Shown: piece by piece, positions 1-12,500 of the stretch
Layout: each line of letters opens with the position of its first letter
Numbering within the stretch: the first letter of the stretch is position 1
From: Nemertoderma westbladi
Taxonomy: Eukaryota; Animalia; Xenacoelomorpha
Assembly: GCA_032718475.1 (NCBI GenBank)
Contig: JAUCBJ010006880.1
Coordinates: 1 to 64,000, forward strand
Length of the DNA stretch: 64,000 bases
Direction: 5' to 3'
Notes under the pieces: model-generated
The model's input: the letters and a program-made list of their open reading frames with translations, nothing else
Database searches by the model: none
What the model was told of the DNA's origin: nothing
Position numbers and translations under genes: made by a program

Positions 1-2282
1 ACCAGATCGTTGTTGATGAGTAGGCCTACTTACTCACCCCACACCAGATCGTTGTTGATGAGTAGGCCTACTTACTCACCCCACACCAGATCGTTGTTGA
101 TGAGTAGGCCTACTTACTCACCCCACACCAGATCGTTGTTGATGAGTAGGCCTACTTACTCACCCCACACCAGATCGTTGTTGATGAGTAGGCCTACTTA
201 CTCACCCCACACCAGATCGTTGTTGATGAGTAGGCCTACTTACTCACCCCACACCAGATCGTTGTTGATGAGTAGGCCTACTTACTCACCCCACCAGATC
301 GTTGTTGATGAGTAGGCCTACTTACTCACCCCACACCAGATCGTTGTTGATGAGTAGGCCTACTTACTCACCCCACACCAGATCGTTGTTGATGAGTAGG
401 CCTACTTACTCACCCCACACCAGATCGTTGTTGATGAGTAGGCCTACTTACTCACCCCACACCAGATCGTTGTTGATGAGTAGGCCTACTTACTCACCCC
501 ACACAGATCGTTGTTGATGAGTAGGCCTACTTACTCACCCCACACCAGATCGTTGTTGATGAGTAGGCCTACTTACTCACCCCACACCAGATCGTTGTTG
601 ATGAGTAGGCCTACTTACTCACCCCACACCAGATCGTTGTTGATGAGTAGGCCTACTTACTCACCCCACACCAGATCGTTGTTGATGAGTAGGCCTACTT
701 ACTCACCCCACACCAGATCGTTGTTGATGAGTAGGCCTACTTACTCACCCCACACCAGATCGTTGTTGATGAGTAGGCCTACTTACTCACCCCACACCAG
801 ATCGTTGTTGATGAGTAGGCCTACTTACTCACCCCACACAGATCGTTGTTGATGAGTAGGCCTACTTACTCACCCCACCAGATCGTTGTTGATGAGTAGG
901 CCTACTTACTCACCCCACACCAGATCGTTGTTGATGAGTAGGCCTACTTACTCACCCCACACCAGATCGTTGTTGATGAGTAGGCCTACTTACTCACCCC
1001 ACACAGATCGTTGTTGATGAGTAGGCCTACTTACTCACCCCACACCAGATCGTTGTTGATGAGTAGGCCTACTTACTCACCCCACACCAGATCGTTGTTG
1101 ATGAGTAGGCCTACTTACTCACCCCACACCAGATCGTTGTTGATGAGTAGGCCTACTTACTCACCCCACCAGATCGTTGTTGATGAGTAGGCCTACTTAC
1201 TCACCCCACACCAGATCGTTGTTGATGAGTAGGCCTACTTACTCACCCCACACCAGATCGTTGTTGATGAGTAGGCCTACTTACTCACCCCACACCAGAT
1301 CGTTGTTGATGAGTAGGCCTACTTACTCACCCCACACCAGATCGTTGTTGATGAGTAGGCCTACTTACTCACCCCACCAGATCGTTGTTGATGAGTAGGC
1401 CTACTTACTCACCCCACACCAGATCGTTGTTGATGAGTAGGCCTACTTACTCACCCCACCAGATCGTTGTTGATGAGTAGGCCTACTTACTCACCCCACC
1501 AGATCGTTGTTGATGAGTAGGCCTACTTACTCACCCCACACCAGATCGTTGTTGATGAGTAGGCCTACTTACTCACCCCACACCAGATCGTTGTTGATGA
1601 GTAGGCCTACTTACTCACCCCACCAGATCGTTGTTGATGAGTAGGCCTACTTACTCACCCCACACCAGATCGTTGTTGATGAGTAGGCCTACTTACTCAC
1701 CCCACCAGATCGTTGTTGATGAGTAGGCCTACTTACTCACCCCACCAGATCGTTGTTGATGAGTAGGCCTACTTACTCACCCCACACCAGATCGTTGTTG
1801 ATGAGTAGGCCTACTTACTCACCCCACCAGATCGTTGTTGATGAGTAGGCCTACTTACTCACCCCACCAGATCGTTGTTGATGAGTAGGCCTACTTACTC
1901 ACCCCACACCAGATCGTTGTTGATGAGTAGGCCTACTTACTCACCCCACCAGATCGTTGTTGATGAGTAGGCCTACTTACTCACCCCACCAGATCGTTGT
2001 TGATGAGTAGGCCTACTTACTCACCCCACCAGATCGTTGTTGATGAGTAGGCCTACTTACTCACCCCACACCAGATCGTTGTTGATGAGTAGGCCTACTT
2101 ACTCACCCCACCAGATCGTTGTTGATGAGTAGGCCTACTTACTCACCCCACACCAGATCGTTGTTGATGAGTAGGCCTACTTACTCACCCCACACCAGAT
2201 CGTTGTTGATGAGTAGGCCTACTTACTCACCCCACACAGATCGTTGTTGATGAGTAGGCCTACTTACTCACCCCACCAGATC
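1..2282. repeat. 42-bp tandem satellite (ACCAGATCGTTGTTGATGAGTAGGCCTACTTACTCACCCCAC) with 40-bp deletion variants, about 55 units, running off the window start
   Basis: Unit read directly; the LLMSRPTYSPHTRS ORF repeat is 14 aa = 42 bp. Each unit carries the palindrome AGTAGGCCTACT inside a TGAGTA...TACTCA inverted repeat. Confidence 0.97.
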
Positions 2283-3325
2283 TTATAAAAAAGCCTCGGA
2301 CTTAAACGATGTGGGGTAGATCTACTAGAATAACATATATAATTCTAGAATATTAATAAATGTAATGAAGAAATAAGATGGAGAGTTTTAAAAGCTCAAC
2401 TAAATAATAATTAAAATTGTAGAATTGAGTAAAAAAAACATTATAATTATATCGATTTACGTCTCAAAATTTACACCTTAGTATTTAGATAATATCTTTG
2501 GGAATTATTGGTGAAATTTGAAAGATTTTTCAGATTCTGAATCTGCAGATGGAGGCGATTCTAATGATATGTATGATAACGACATTCAAAGGACGAAAAA
2601 TAAAGCTGACGAAGGTTGCTAAATATTGCCAAATAGACGATTTTTATCGGCTTGCTGTATCGAAATAGCTCATAAATTAAAAAATCAGACTCTGCCAGCA
2701 GTAGGCCTAAACTAAATTGTCGAACTATCATCAAACCAAATTTCGTATCAAATGATTGAAATTAGTGAGATGGTGTATAAAAAAGGTGATTTGGATACAT
2801 ATGAAATGTAAATATTTCACAATGCTGCGTAATAAAAAAAACTAACCGAGAAATTTAAAGCAGCATTATTGCTCTATTAGCTGGCGAAATCTAAACTATT
2901 TGGGGTCAGATTTCAAAATATGTATTTTTAAAAGCATTTTTAAACTGTAAAATGCGATACCTTTTAGATGCGGTTTAAATTTCTTCGTTTTTGTCTAACA
3001 TAATTCTAAATCTGTAAAAACAACTGGAATTATTTTTAGGGAATGGCTGAGATCGATTGATCTATAATGATAAAAATGCCATATTTTATGTAACTAATAA
3101 TAATTGCAATTACTATAATTAACTCATATAGGAAGGGGGGGGGGGGGGGGGGGCGGACTTTCAACGCAATGATAATTCATCCCTCTCCAGGGGAAATTCG
3201 ACGCAAATAACATCTGATTACTCTCAAAAATAAATTTGTAACATGTTCTATTGTTTTTAGTTTATTGTTTTGGTTAAAATAACGTGCCACTGTAACGTGC
3301 TCCTTTGCCTAAATTGAGAATTTAA

Positions 3326-4830
3326 CCCTTTCCGCCCTATGGCATATTTGGTATGCCTTGCGTTAAGGCACTGTGACATACTTGGTATGTCAAATTCTGT
3401 ACTTTATTCTACTAACGCCTCAGGATATCAGTGCAGTCCTAGGACAGTTTTCCATGGCTCCAGTGCCCTATGTTGACCATATGTAGGCGGGAAATTTGAA
3501 TTTATAGGAACTGTATATCAAATGTTTGATGTAGGTTAATAATAAGTAGGTACCGGTCTGCCGGTACCTGCTATTGTACTTGTAGTAGTAACTGCTATGT
3601 ACAACCTCGCTGTATAATCATGGATAAGAGTTACCCTAAACGTCAGATACGTCCACTGAAGATATCTGGAGGGAATAATTCCGGACTTTTAAACAGCAAT
3701 AATACCGGTACCGGTGCGACGGTTGGAAGGAGATCAAAGTCAACGAGGATGAAGTCGACGGCGTTAATTATACGTTTAGAGGAGGAAATCTACCGCCGAG
3801 CGGATGGAATGGAATCGATACATACGATGTAGACATGGGTGGTTATGTGGACCTATATATAACAGATTATTTAGTTGACCTGCTTTGTAAATGTACGAAT
3901 GATAAAATAAAGGCGACGGAAAGTAAACCCGATGATCCACAGCCAAGCACAAGTGGAGGGTCTGATGTTCGAAAGATCAAAGATGTTACACAACTAGAAA
4001 TAAAAGCCTTTCTTGGTTTGACTATTCTAATAGCATGTGCAAGGAAGAATAAAATTCGTGATTACTGGAGGGTTTGCATCACCAATTGCCACCCCGTATT
4101 TTTATTCGGTCATGAGTCGGGATAGGTATCTACAGATATTAAAATTTCTCACGTTTTCTGACCCAAATAAGGTATATAAGCATGATCGATCCACACGTCT
4201 CCATGACTTTTTGGAATTACTACATGACATTCTGAAAATCTATATACCAGAAGTGGAGCTTTCATTGGATGAATCATTATTATTATTCAAAGGACGATTG
4301 GGATTCAAACAGTTTATTCGCACTAAACGTTCATATATATATAAATAATATATATATATATATATCGGTTATATTGTATATCGTGTATCTGTATGTATAT
4401 ACTGTATATTGTGTATCGGTTATGTTATATTTATCTTGTAATATACATTATACATACAGATACACGATATACAATATAACCGATATATATATATATTGGT
4501 TATATTGTATATCGTGTATCTGTATGTATATATATTGTGTATCTGTTATGTTATATTTATCTTGTCAAATATCGAGAACTGTATGACATACTAAATATGT
4601 CAATTATATGCACTGTCATGACATACCAGGTATGCCATGTCTTAACATACCTGGTATGTCATTACGCAATCACAGAATGCCCTATGACGTTTTTTTGGGT
4701 CTCCCACATCTCTAGATGCATGAAACCGAAATACTGAAGCAATTTAAAGAGGGTTGTAAGCATTTCAAATCGGCTCAAACTTCCCAGTGCTTTCGCAGGA
4801 CACTTTTATTCTGCTACAGGACGGAAAGGG
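3326..4830 (+). mobile_element. Internally deleted piggyBac DNA transposon
   Basis: TTAA at 3322-3325 and 4831-4834; imperfect 19-bp TIRs CCCTTTCCGCCCTATGGCA / TGCTACAGGACGGAAAGGG (16/19); transposase remnant inside. Confidence 0.9.
3835..4348 (+). pseudogene. Frameshifted, 3'-truncated piggyBac (PGBD4-like) transposase fragment
   Basis: Two overlapping frames give EIKAFLGL..IRDYW, MSRDRYLQILKFLTFSD and LSLDESLLLFKGRLGFKQFIRTKR (first catalytic Asp motif), then break into TA-rich sequence. Confidence 0.88.
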
Positions 4831-6776
4831 TTAACATTGAGACGGGATATTAATTCGCTAGATGGAATTTGCGTCCAGCCCCCCAACCCCCCCTGTCTCA
4901 ATTAACTAGAATAAAATAGCCTCGCGCAAACGCAAAATCAGGCAACTTTATATCACCACTCAGCTACCGTATTTTTAAACGAAATTCAGATGTTTGTTAC
5001 AGATTTCGACGTTTAATTTACATGCCATCAATAACAACAAAATAATATTACGAATATATTGTACAGTAAATCATCAGTGGTGGAAATTTTAACATAGATA
5101 AGAAATATTTTCCGGTGCATATTTATATTTTATACAGCTACAGTAGCTGCCAATCATTATAATATACATAAGATTAAAATGAAGATAATTGATACAAACA
5201 TAGGCCTACCTACTGTATGTAATGAGGGCGACCTAATTCTTGACAACACAAGTGGAAAGTGCACCACTTGTACTTAAACAATATACTGTACTGTGGGGAA
5301 TAGTGCCTTTGATTAAATGTAAAAGATAACGAATTAGACTTTGAGTAAGCCGTCTTCAACAATTATTACCAATACTAGACCCTGTCGCCACGCAGCACAC
5401 TAGGGTACCGACGAATTGTAAAAAAAAGGGGGGGGGGGGGGGTTGGCCAATGGCCACAGCTGTGCCGGACTTTGACACTCATGTTGACGAAATAGTCTGT
5501 AAAATTTCTAGGCATGAGCGTTTCAAATGTTCTCTCTCATAGATTTTCAATGTTTCACGATTTCACTTTCAGTTGTAAACAAACATTCAAAATCAATTAT
5601 TTCAAATTTCACAATTGCAAAGACCCATCAAAATCAAGACTGTTGAAGTTACGGTGAGAATGTTTTAGTAATAATTTGTAGTTAGTGGGATTCTGGTTGG
5701 TCAATACAGCATTCCTTGTTAGATAGCGAGTTGTAATTAGTCACTACTCTACCTACAGTAGCATTGAATTATTATGAAACAATAAAGTAAAACAGTACCC
5801 CCAAGTTTTCTTCGGCTATTTATCCGGATTACGCACTCTCTGACAACTGATTTTCAGCGCGTTCCCCCCATCACAACTGTACTCCCCAAAAGGAAACTGG
5901 TAGAAATGACCCCTGTCTAGGCTCTTTGAAGCATTCTTACCGAAAAGAAAACTCTGATATGAATTCAAGGAAACGGATTAAACTGCTACTGTTAACTTCA
6001 GTGGAATTTTAGGGGAATTAAGTGTAAATTGAGTTTTAGAAAATGGCTTTCAATTAAATAATTTTTTTTAAATAAATATTAAAAAGTAATAAAAGTAAAT
6101 ACTGTAAAAATATGACTATCTAGTTTTCTATTAAAAAAATATTACAAAATATTTAGCAAATGAATAGCGTCGCACAGAGAGAAACACGTGTTATTTAAAA
6201 TTTACAAACGACCGTATCTCAAATACTTCTTAACAAAATTAAGATACTTTTATACGCTTAAACAACTCTGTAGAACTAGGTCGCTGTGTTTTAATCCTAT
6301 ACTTTATAAAACCTCGGGTGTTCTGTAAAGTTTTAATAATTTATATGTAAAATTTACTACATATGTTTCTTACTTCTTTTGTTTCGAAATCAAATCATTA
6401 CTACGTTTAATATTACAAGAAAATACAAACTATGCAATGAACCATTAACACTGAATTAGGCCTACTTGCCTCCGATTAATACAATGTAAGTAATGTACTG
6501 TATGCCGCATAGGCTATTAATAGCGGGATGAAAAGCAGATTGCAAAGTTGTTAAGTTACGTTTTAGTGGAAGTGACACACCCGCGGCCACTCCACAGGCC
6601 ACACTGTACTACGGTGTACAAGTATAATATATGGGATAACGAGAGCATATTAACCACATGTCGTTCTACCAAAGGGATGTTACAATAAGATAAATCAGTT
6701 AGTATTATTATTTTACTTCACTCTTGAAACATATCTTATCTTCTGGTTTCTGAGTTTAAAACAAAGTAACATTCCG

Positions 6777-8516
6777 ATTGCTCACTAAATGCCCCATTGC
6801 CCACTGAACGCCCGATGAACGCACATTGCTCACTGAATGCCCATTGCTCACTGAATGTCACATTACTCACTGATTGCCCATTACTCACTGAATGCCCATT
6901 GCTCACTGAATGCCTATTGCTCACTGAATGCCCATTGCTCACTAAATGCCAATTACTCGCTGATCAGAATGCCCATTACTCACTGAATGCCCATTGCTCA
7001 TTGAATGCATATTGCTCAGTGAATGTCAATTAATCACTGAACTGCCCATTACTCACTGAATGCCTATTGCTCACTGAATGCCCTTTGCTCACTGAATGCC
7101 CATTGCTCACTGAATGTCCATTGCTCACTGAATGCCCATTGCTCACTGAATGCACATTCCTCACTGAATGCACATTACTCACTGAATGCCCATTGCTCAC
7201 TGAATGCCCATTGCTCACTGAATGTCAATTACTCACTGCCCATTACTCTCTGAATGCCCATTACTTACTGAATGCGCATTGCTCACTGAATGCCCATTGC
7301 TCATTGAATGCCCATTACTTACTGAATGCACATTTCTCACTGAATGCCCATTGAATGCGCATTGCTCACTGAATGCCCTTTGCTCACTGAACGCCCATTG
7401 CTCACTGAATGCCCATTGCTCACTGAATGCCCATTGCTCACTGAATGCCCATTACTTACTGAATGCACATTTCTCACTGAATGCCCATTGCTCATTGAAT
7501 GCCCATTGCTCACTGAATGGCCATTGCTCACTGAACGCCCATTGCTCACTGAATGCCCATTGCTCACCGAATGCCCTTTGCTCACTGAGTACCCATTGCT
7601 CACTGAATGCCCATTGTTCACTGAATGCCCATTACTTACTGAATGCACATTTCTCACTGAATGCCCATTGCTCATTGAATGCCCATTGCTCACTGAACGC
7701 CCATTGCTCACTGAATGCCCATTACTTACTGAATGCACATTTCTCACTGAATGCCCATTGCTCACTGAATGCCCATTACTTACTGAATGCACATTTCTCA
7801 CTGAATGCCCATTGCTCATTGAATGCCCATTGCTCACTGAACGCCCATTGCTCACTGAATGACCATTACTTACTGAATGCACATTTCTCACTGAATGCCC
7901 ATTGCTCACTGAATGCCCATTACTTACTGAATGCACATTTCTCACTGAATGCCCATTGCTCATTGAATGCCCATTGCTCACTGAACGCCCATTACTCATT
8001 GAATACCCATTACTCACTGAACGATCATTGCTAACAGAATGCCCATTATTCATTTATTACCCATTGCTCACTGAATGCCCATTACTTACTGAATGCACAT
8101 TTATCACTGAATGCCCATTGCTCATTGAATGCCCATTGCTCACTGAACGCCCATTGCTCACTGAATGCCCATTACTTACTGAATGCACATTTCTCACTGA
8201 ATGCCCATTGCTCACTGAATGCCCATTACTTACTGAATGCACATTTCTCACTGAATGCCCATTGCTCATTGAATGCCCATTGCTCACTGAATGACCATTA
8301 CTCATTGAATACCCATTACTCACTGAACGATCATTGCTAACAGAATGCCCATTATTCATTTATTACCCATTGCTCACTGAATGCCCATTGCTCAATGAAT
8401 GCCCATTGTTCACTGAATGCCATTTGCTGTCTGAATGCCCATTGCTCACTGAATGCCCATTACTCACTGAAAGCCCATTACTCACTGAATGCCCATTGCT
8501 CACTCAACGCACATTA
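6777..8516. repeat. 18-bp minisatellite (CTCACTGAATGCCCATTG), about 95 degenerate copies
   Basis: Direct reading; the LLTECP, SLNAHC and HSVSNG ORFs are translations of this 18-mer. A 306-bp (17-unit) block duplication is visible near the right end. Confidence 0.96.
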
Positions 8517-9329
8517 TGTATATAGGTATCTTCTGCATGGAATTGAAACAGGACGACAATAACGCTCGCAACATATATTAAGTGGTATTAGGCAAAATAA
8601 ACACGATTGGATGAAATAATACTTGCCCAATACAAGAGGTTCAAAATGTTATTCATTTTTAAAGGTATTAATAATTTACACATTGCTAATTGTTGTAAAC
8701 TAAAAGTTTTTAAGGAACGTAGATTCCTTTTTAAGTATTTATTAAATTTATTGTATATACTGTACGTAAATGTTGTAATCGGTTTTAAGGAATGTAGTTT
8801 TCTTTTAAACTATTTCCGATTGTTATTTAAAAAAACAATAAGTTTGTCAGTGAGTGCGTGCCTAGGCCTACTTATAAAGTTATCTTTAATGAGATTTAGA
8901 TGAAATGCTTCAGATTTACGTGACAGAGAGAGGAAATCCGTGGCAACATGCGGGTTGTATTCAGAGCTGTAATTTAACCCCTACAGCAATTACTGATGTT
9001 ATTAACTCGCAACTAAATCCAATGGAAAATTAGTAAATTTTCGAAGCATTTTAAGCAAAATAACCTGGGGCTAAAGTTATAGGGAAGAGTCCATTAGTAA
9101 AAAGATATTTGGAAATCGGCAGTGAATTACGGGATAGGCAGATTTACCGAATTGTATCCAGATTCTTATTTTACATATAATTATTTTATCTTGGCCTATG
9201 GGAGAGGAGAAGGAACTCGGTATCTCGTGTGGCGGCAGATATTGGGTTATTTGTTAAACAGATTCACTTTTCGGAACCATCGGTTTGAATATTTTAATTT
9301 TTATCATTTAAGTTGTTGACAGATACAAC

Positions 9330-9396
9330 TAGACGTTCATGTGGGATCGAACAGGTAACCCCCAGGTTGGAAGACGGGCGGTGTAAACATAACTGC
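9330..9396 (-). mobile_element. tRNA-derived SINE head fragment (same family as 22768-22840)
   Basis: Minus strand reads CTTCCAACCTGGGGGTTACCTGTTCGATCCCAC: B-box GTTCGATCC after a CT-TCC-AA anticodon-loop-like motif. Confidence 0.45.
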
Positions 9397-9538
9397 AGAA
9401 AGTTGTTGTGCGGGGTTGTTGAAAAGAAACAGAATCGAATAATCATCGGCAGAATGTAGGAATATGAATTAATTATGTCAATAATAAATACTATATTAAC
9501 ATAATTTTATACCGAAATAGAAACATTTACTTTTTACG

Positions 9539-12500
9539 AAGTTGAACGCAGAAGATACGAAACTGAGCGCACAAGATGGAAAGATCTGCACAACATTGTG
9601 AGTTAAGTTGAACGCACAAGATACGAAACTGAGCGCACAGGATGGAAAGATCTGCACAACATTGTGAGTTAAGTTGAACGCACAAGATACGAAACTGAGC
9701 GCACAGGATGGAAAGATCTGCACAACATTGTGAGTTAAGTTGAACGCACAAGATACGAAACTGAGCGCACAGGATGGAAAGATCTGCACAACATTGTGAG
9801 TTAAGTTGAACGCACAAGATACGAAACTGAGCGCACAGGATGGAAAGATCTGCACAACATTGTGAGTTAAGTTGAACGCACAAGATACGAAACTGAGCGC
9901 ACAGGATGGAAAGATCTGCACAACATTGTGAGTTAAGTTGAACGCACAAGATACGAAACTGAGCGCACAGGATGGAAAGATCTGCACAACATTGTGAGTT
10001 AAGTTGAACGCACAAGATACGAAACTGAGCGCACATGATGGAAAGATCTGCACAACATTGTGAGTTAAGTTGAACGCACAAGATACGAAACTGAGCGCAC
10101 AGGATGGAAAGATCTGCACAACATTGTGAGTTAAGTTGAACGCACAAGATACGAAACTGAGCGCACAGGATGGAAAGATTTGCACAACATTGTGAGTTAA
10201 GTTGAACGCACAAGATACGAAACTGAGCGCACAAGATGGACAGATCTGCACAACATTGTGAGTTATGTTAAACGCACAAGATACGAAACTGAGCGCACAA
10301 GATGGAAAGATCTGCACAACATTGTGAGTTATGTTAAACGCACAAGATACGAAACTGAGCGCACAAGATGGACAGATCTGCACAACATTGTGAGTTATGT
10401 TAAACGCACAAGATACGAAACTGAGCGCACTGGATGGAAAGATCTGCACAACATTGTGAGTTAAGGACAGATCTGCACAACATTGTGAGTTAAGTTGAAC
10501 GCACAAGATACGAAACTGAGCGCACAGGATGGAAAGATCTGCACAACATTGTGAGTTAAGGACAGATCTGCACAACATTGTGAGTTAAGTTGAACGCACA
10601 AGATACGAAACTGAGCGCACAGGATGGAAAGATCTGCACAATATTGTGAGTTAAGGACAGATCTGCACAACATTGTGAGTTAAGTTGAACGCACAAGATA
10701 CGAAACTGAGCGCACAGGATGGAAAGATCTGCACAACATTGTGAGTTAAGTTGAACGCACAAGATACGAAACTGAGCGCACAAGATGGACAGATCTGCAC
10801 AACATTGTGAGTTAAGTTGAACGCACAAGATACGAAACTGAGCGCACAGGATGGAAAGATCTGCACAATATTGTGAGTTAAGGACAGATCTGCACAACAT
10901 TGTGAGTTAAGTTGAACGCACAAGATACGAAACTGAGCGCACAGGATGGGAAGATCTGCACAACATTGTGAGTTAAGTTGAACGCACAAGATACGAAACT
11001 GAGCGCACAAGATGGACAGATCTGCACAACATTGTGAGTTAAGTTGAACGCACAAGATACGAAACTGAGCGCACAGGATGGAAAGATCTGCACAATATTG
11101 TGAGTTAAGGACAGATCTGCACAACATTGTGAGTTAAGTTGAACGCACAAGATACGAAACTGAGCGCACAGGATGGAAAGATCTGCACAACATTGTGAGT
11201 TAAGTTGAACGCACAAGATACGAAACTGAGCGCACAGGATGGAAAGATCTGCACAACATTGTGAGTTAAGTTGAACGCACAAGATACGAAACTGAGCGCA
11301 CAGGATGGAAAGATCTGCACAACATTGTGAGTTAAGTTGAACGCACAAGATACGAAACTGAGCGCACAGGATGGAAAGATCTGCACAACATTGTGAGTTA
11401 AGTTGAACGCACAAGATACGAAACTGAGCGCACAGGATGGAAAGATCTGCACAACATTGTGAGTTAAGTTGAACGCACAAGATACGAAACTGAGCGCACA
11501 TGATGGAAAGATCTGCACAACATTGTGAGTTAAGTTGAACGCACAAGATACGAAACTGAGCGCACAGGATGGAAAGATCTGCACAACATTGTGAGTTAAG
11601 TTGAACGCACAAGATACGAAACTGAGCGCACAGGATGGAAAGATCTGCACAACATTGTGAGTTAAGTTGAACGCACAAGATACGAAACTGAGCGCACAAG
11701 ATGGACAGATCTGCACAACATTGTGAGTTATGTTAAACGCACAAGATACGAAACTGAGCGCACAAGATGGAAAGATCTGCACAACATTGTGAGTTATGTT
11801 AAACGCACAAGATACGAAACTGAGCGCACAAGATGGACAGATCTGCACAACATTGTGAGTTATGTTAAACGCACAAGATACGAAACTGAGCGCACTGGAT
11901 GGAAAGATCTGCACAACATTGTGAGTTAAGGACAGATCTGCACAACATTGTGAGTTAAGTTGAACGCACAAGATACGAAACTGAGCGCACAGGATGGAAA
12001 GATCTGCACAACATTGTGAGTTAAGGACAGATCTGCACAACATTGTGAGTTAAGTTGAACGCACAAGATACGAAACTGAGCGCACAGGATGGAAAGATCT
12101 GCACAATATTGTGAGTTAAGGACAGATCTGCACAACATTGTGAGTTAAGTTGAACGCACAAGATACGAAACTGAGCGCACAGGATGGAAAGATCTGCACA
12201 ACATTGTGAGTTAAGTTGAACGCACAAGATACGAAACTGAGCGCACAAGATGGACAGATCTGCACAACATTGTGAGTTAAGTTGAACGCACAAGATACGA
12301 AACTGAGCGCACAGGATGGAAAGATCTGCACAATATTGTGAGTTAAGGACAGATCTGCACAACATTGTGAGTTAAGTTGAACGCACAAGATACGAAACTG
12401 AGCGCACAGGATGGGAAGATCTGCACAACATTGTGAGTTAAGTTGAACGCACAAGATACGAAACTGAGCGCACAAGATGGACAGATCTGCACAACATTGT

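Noticed and set aside
1-2282. Hammerhead ribozyme in the 42-bp unit (TGATGAG plus hairpin)
   Set aside because: Reads TTGATGAG rather than CTGATGAG and lacks the GAAA core.
6736-8525. LLTECP, SLNAHC and HSVSNG repeat proteins
   Set aside because: Frames of the 18-bp minisatellite on both strands.
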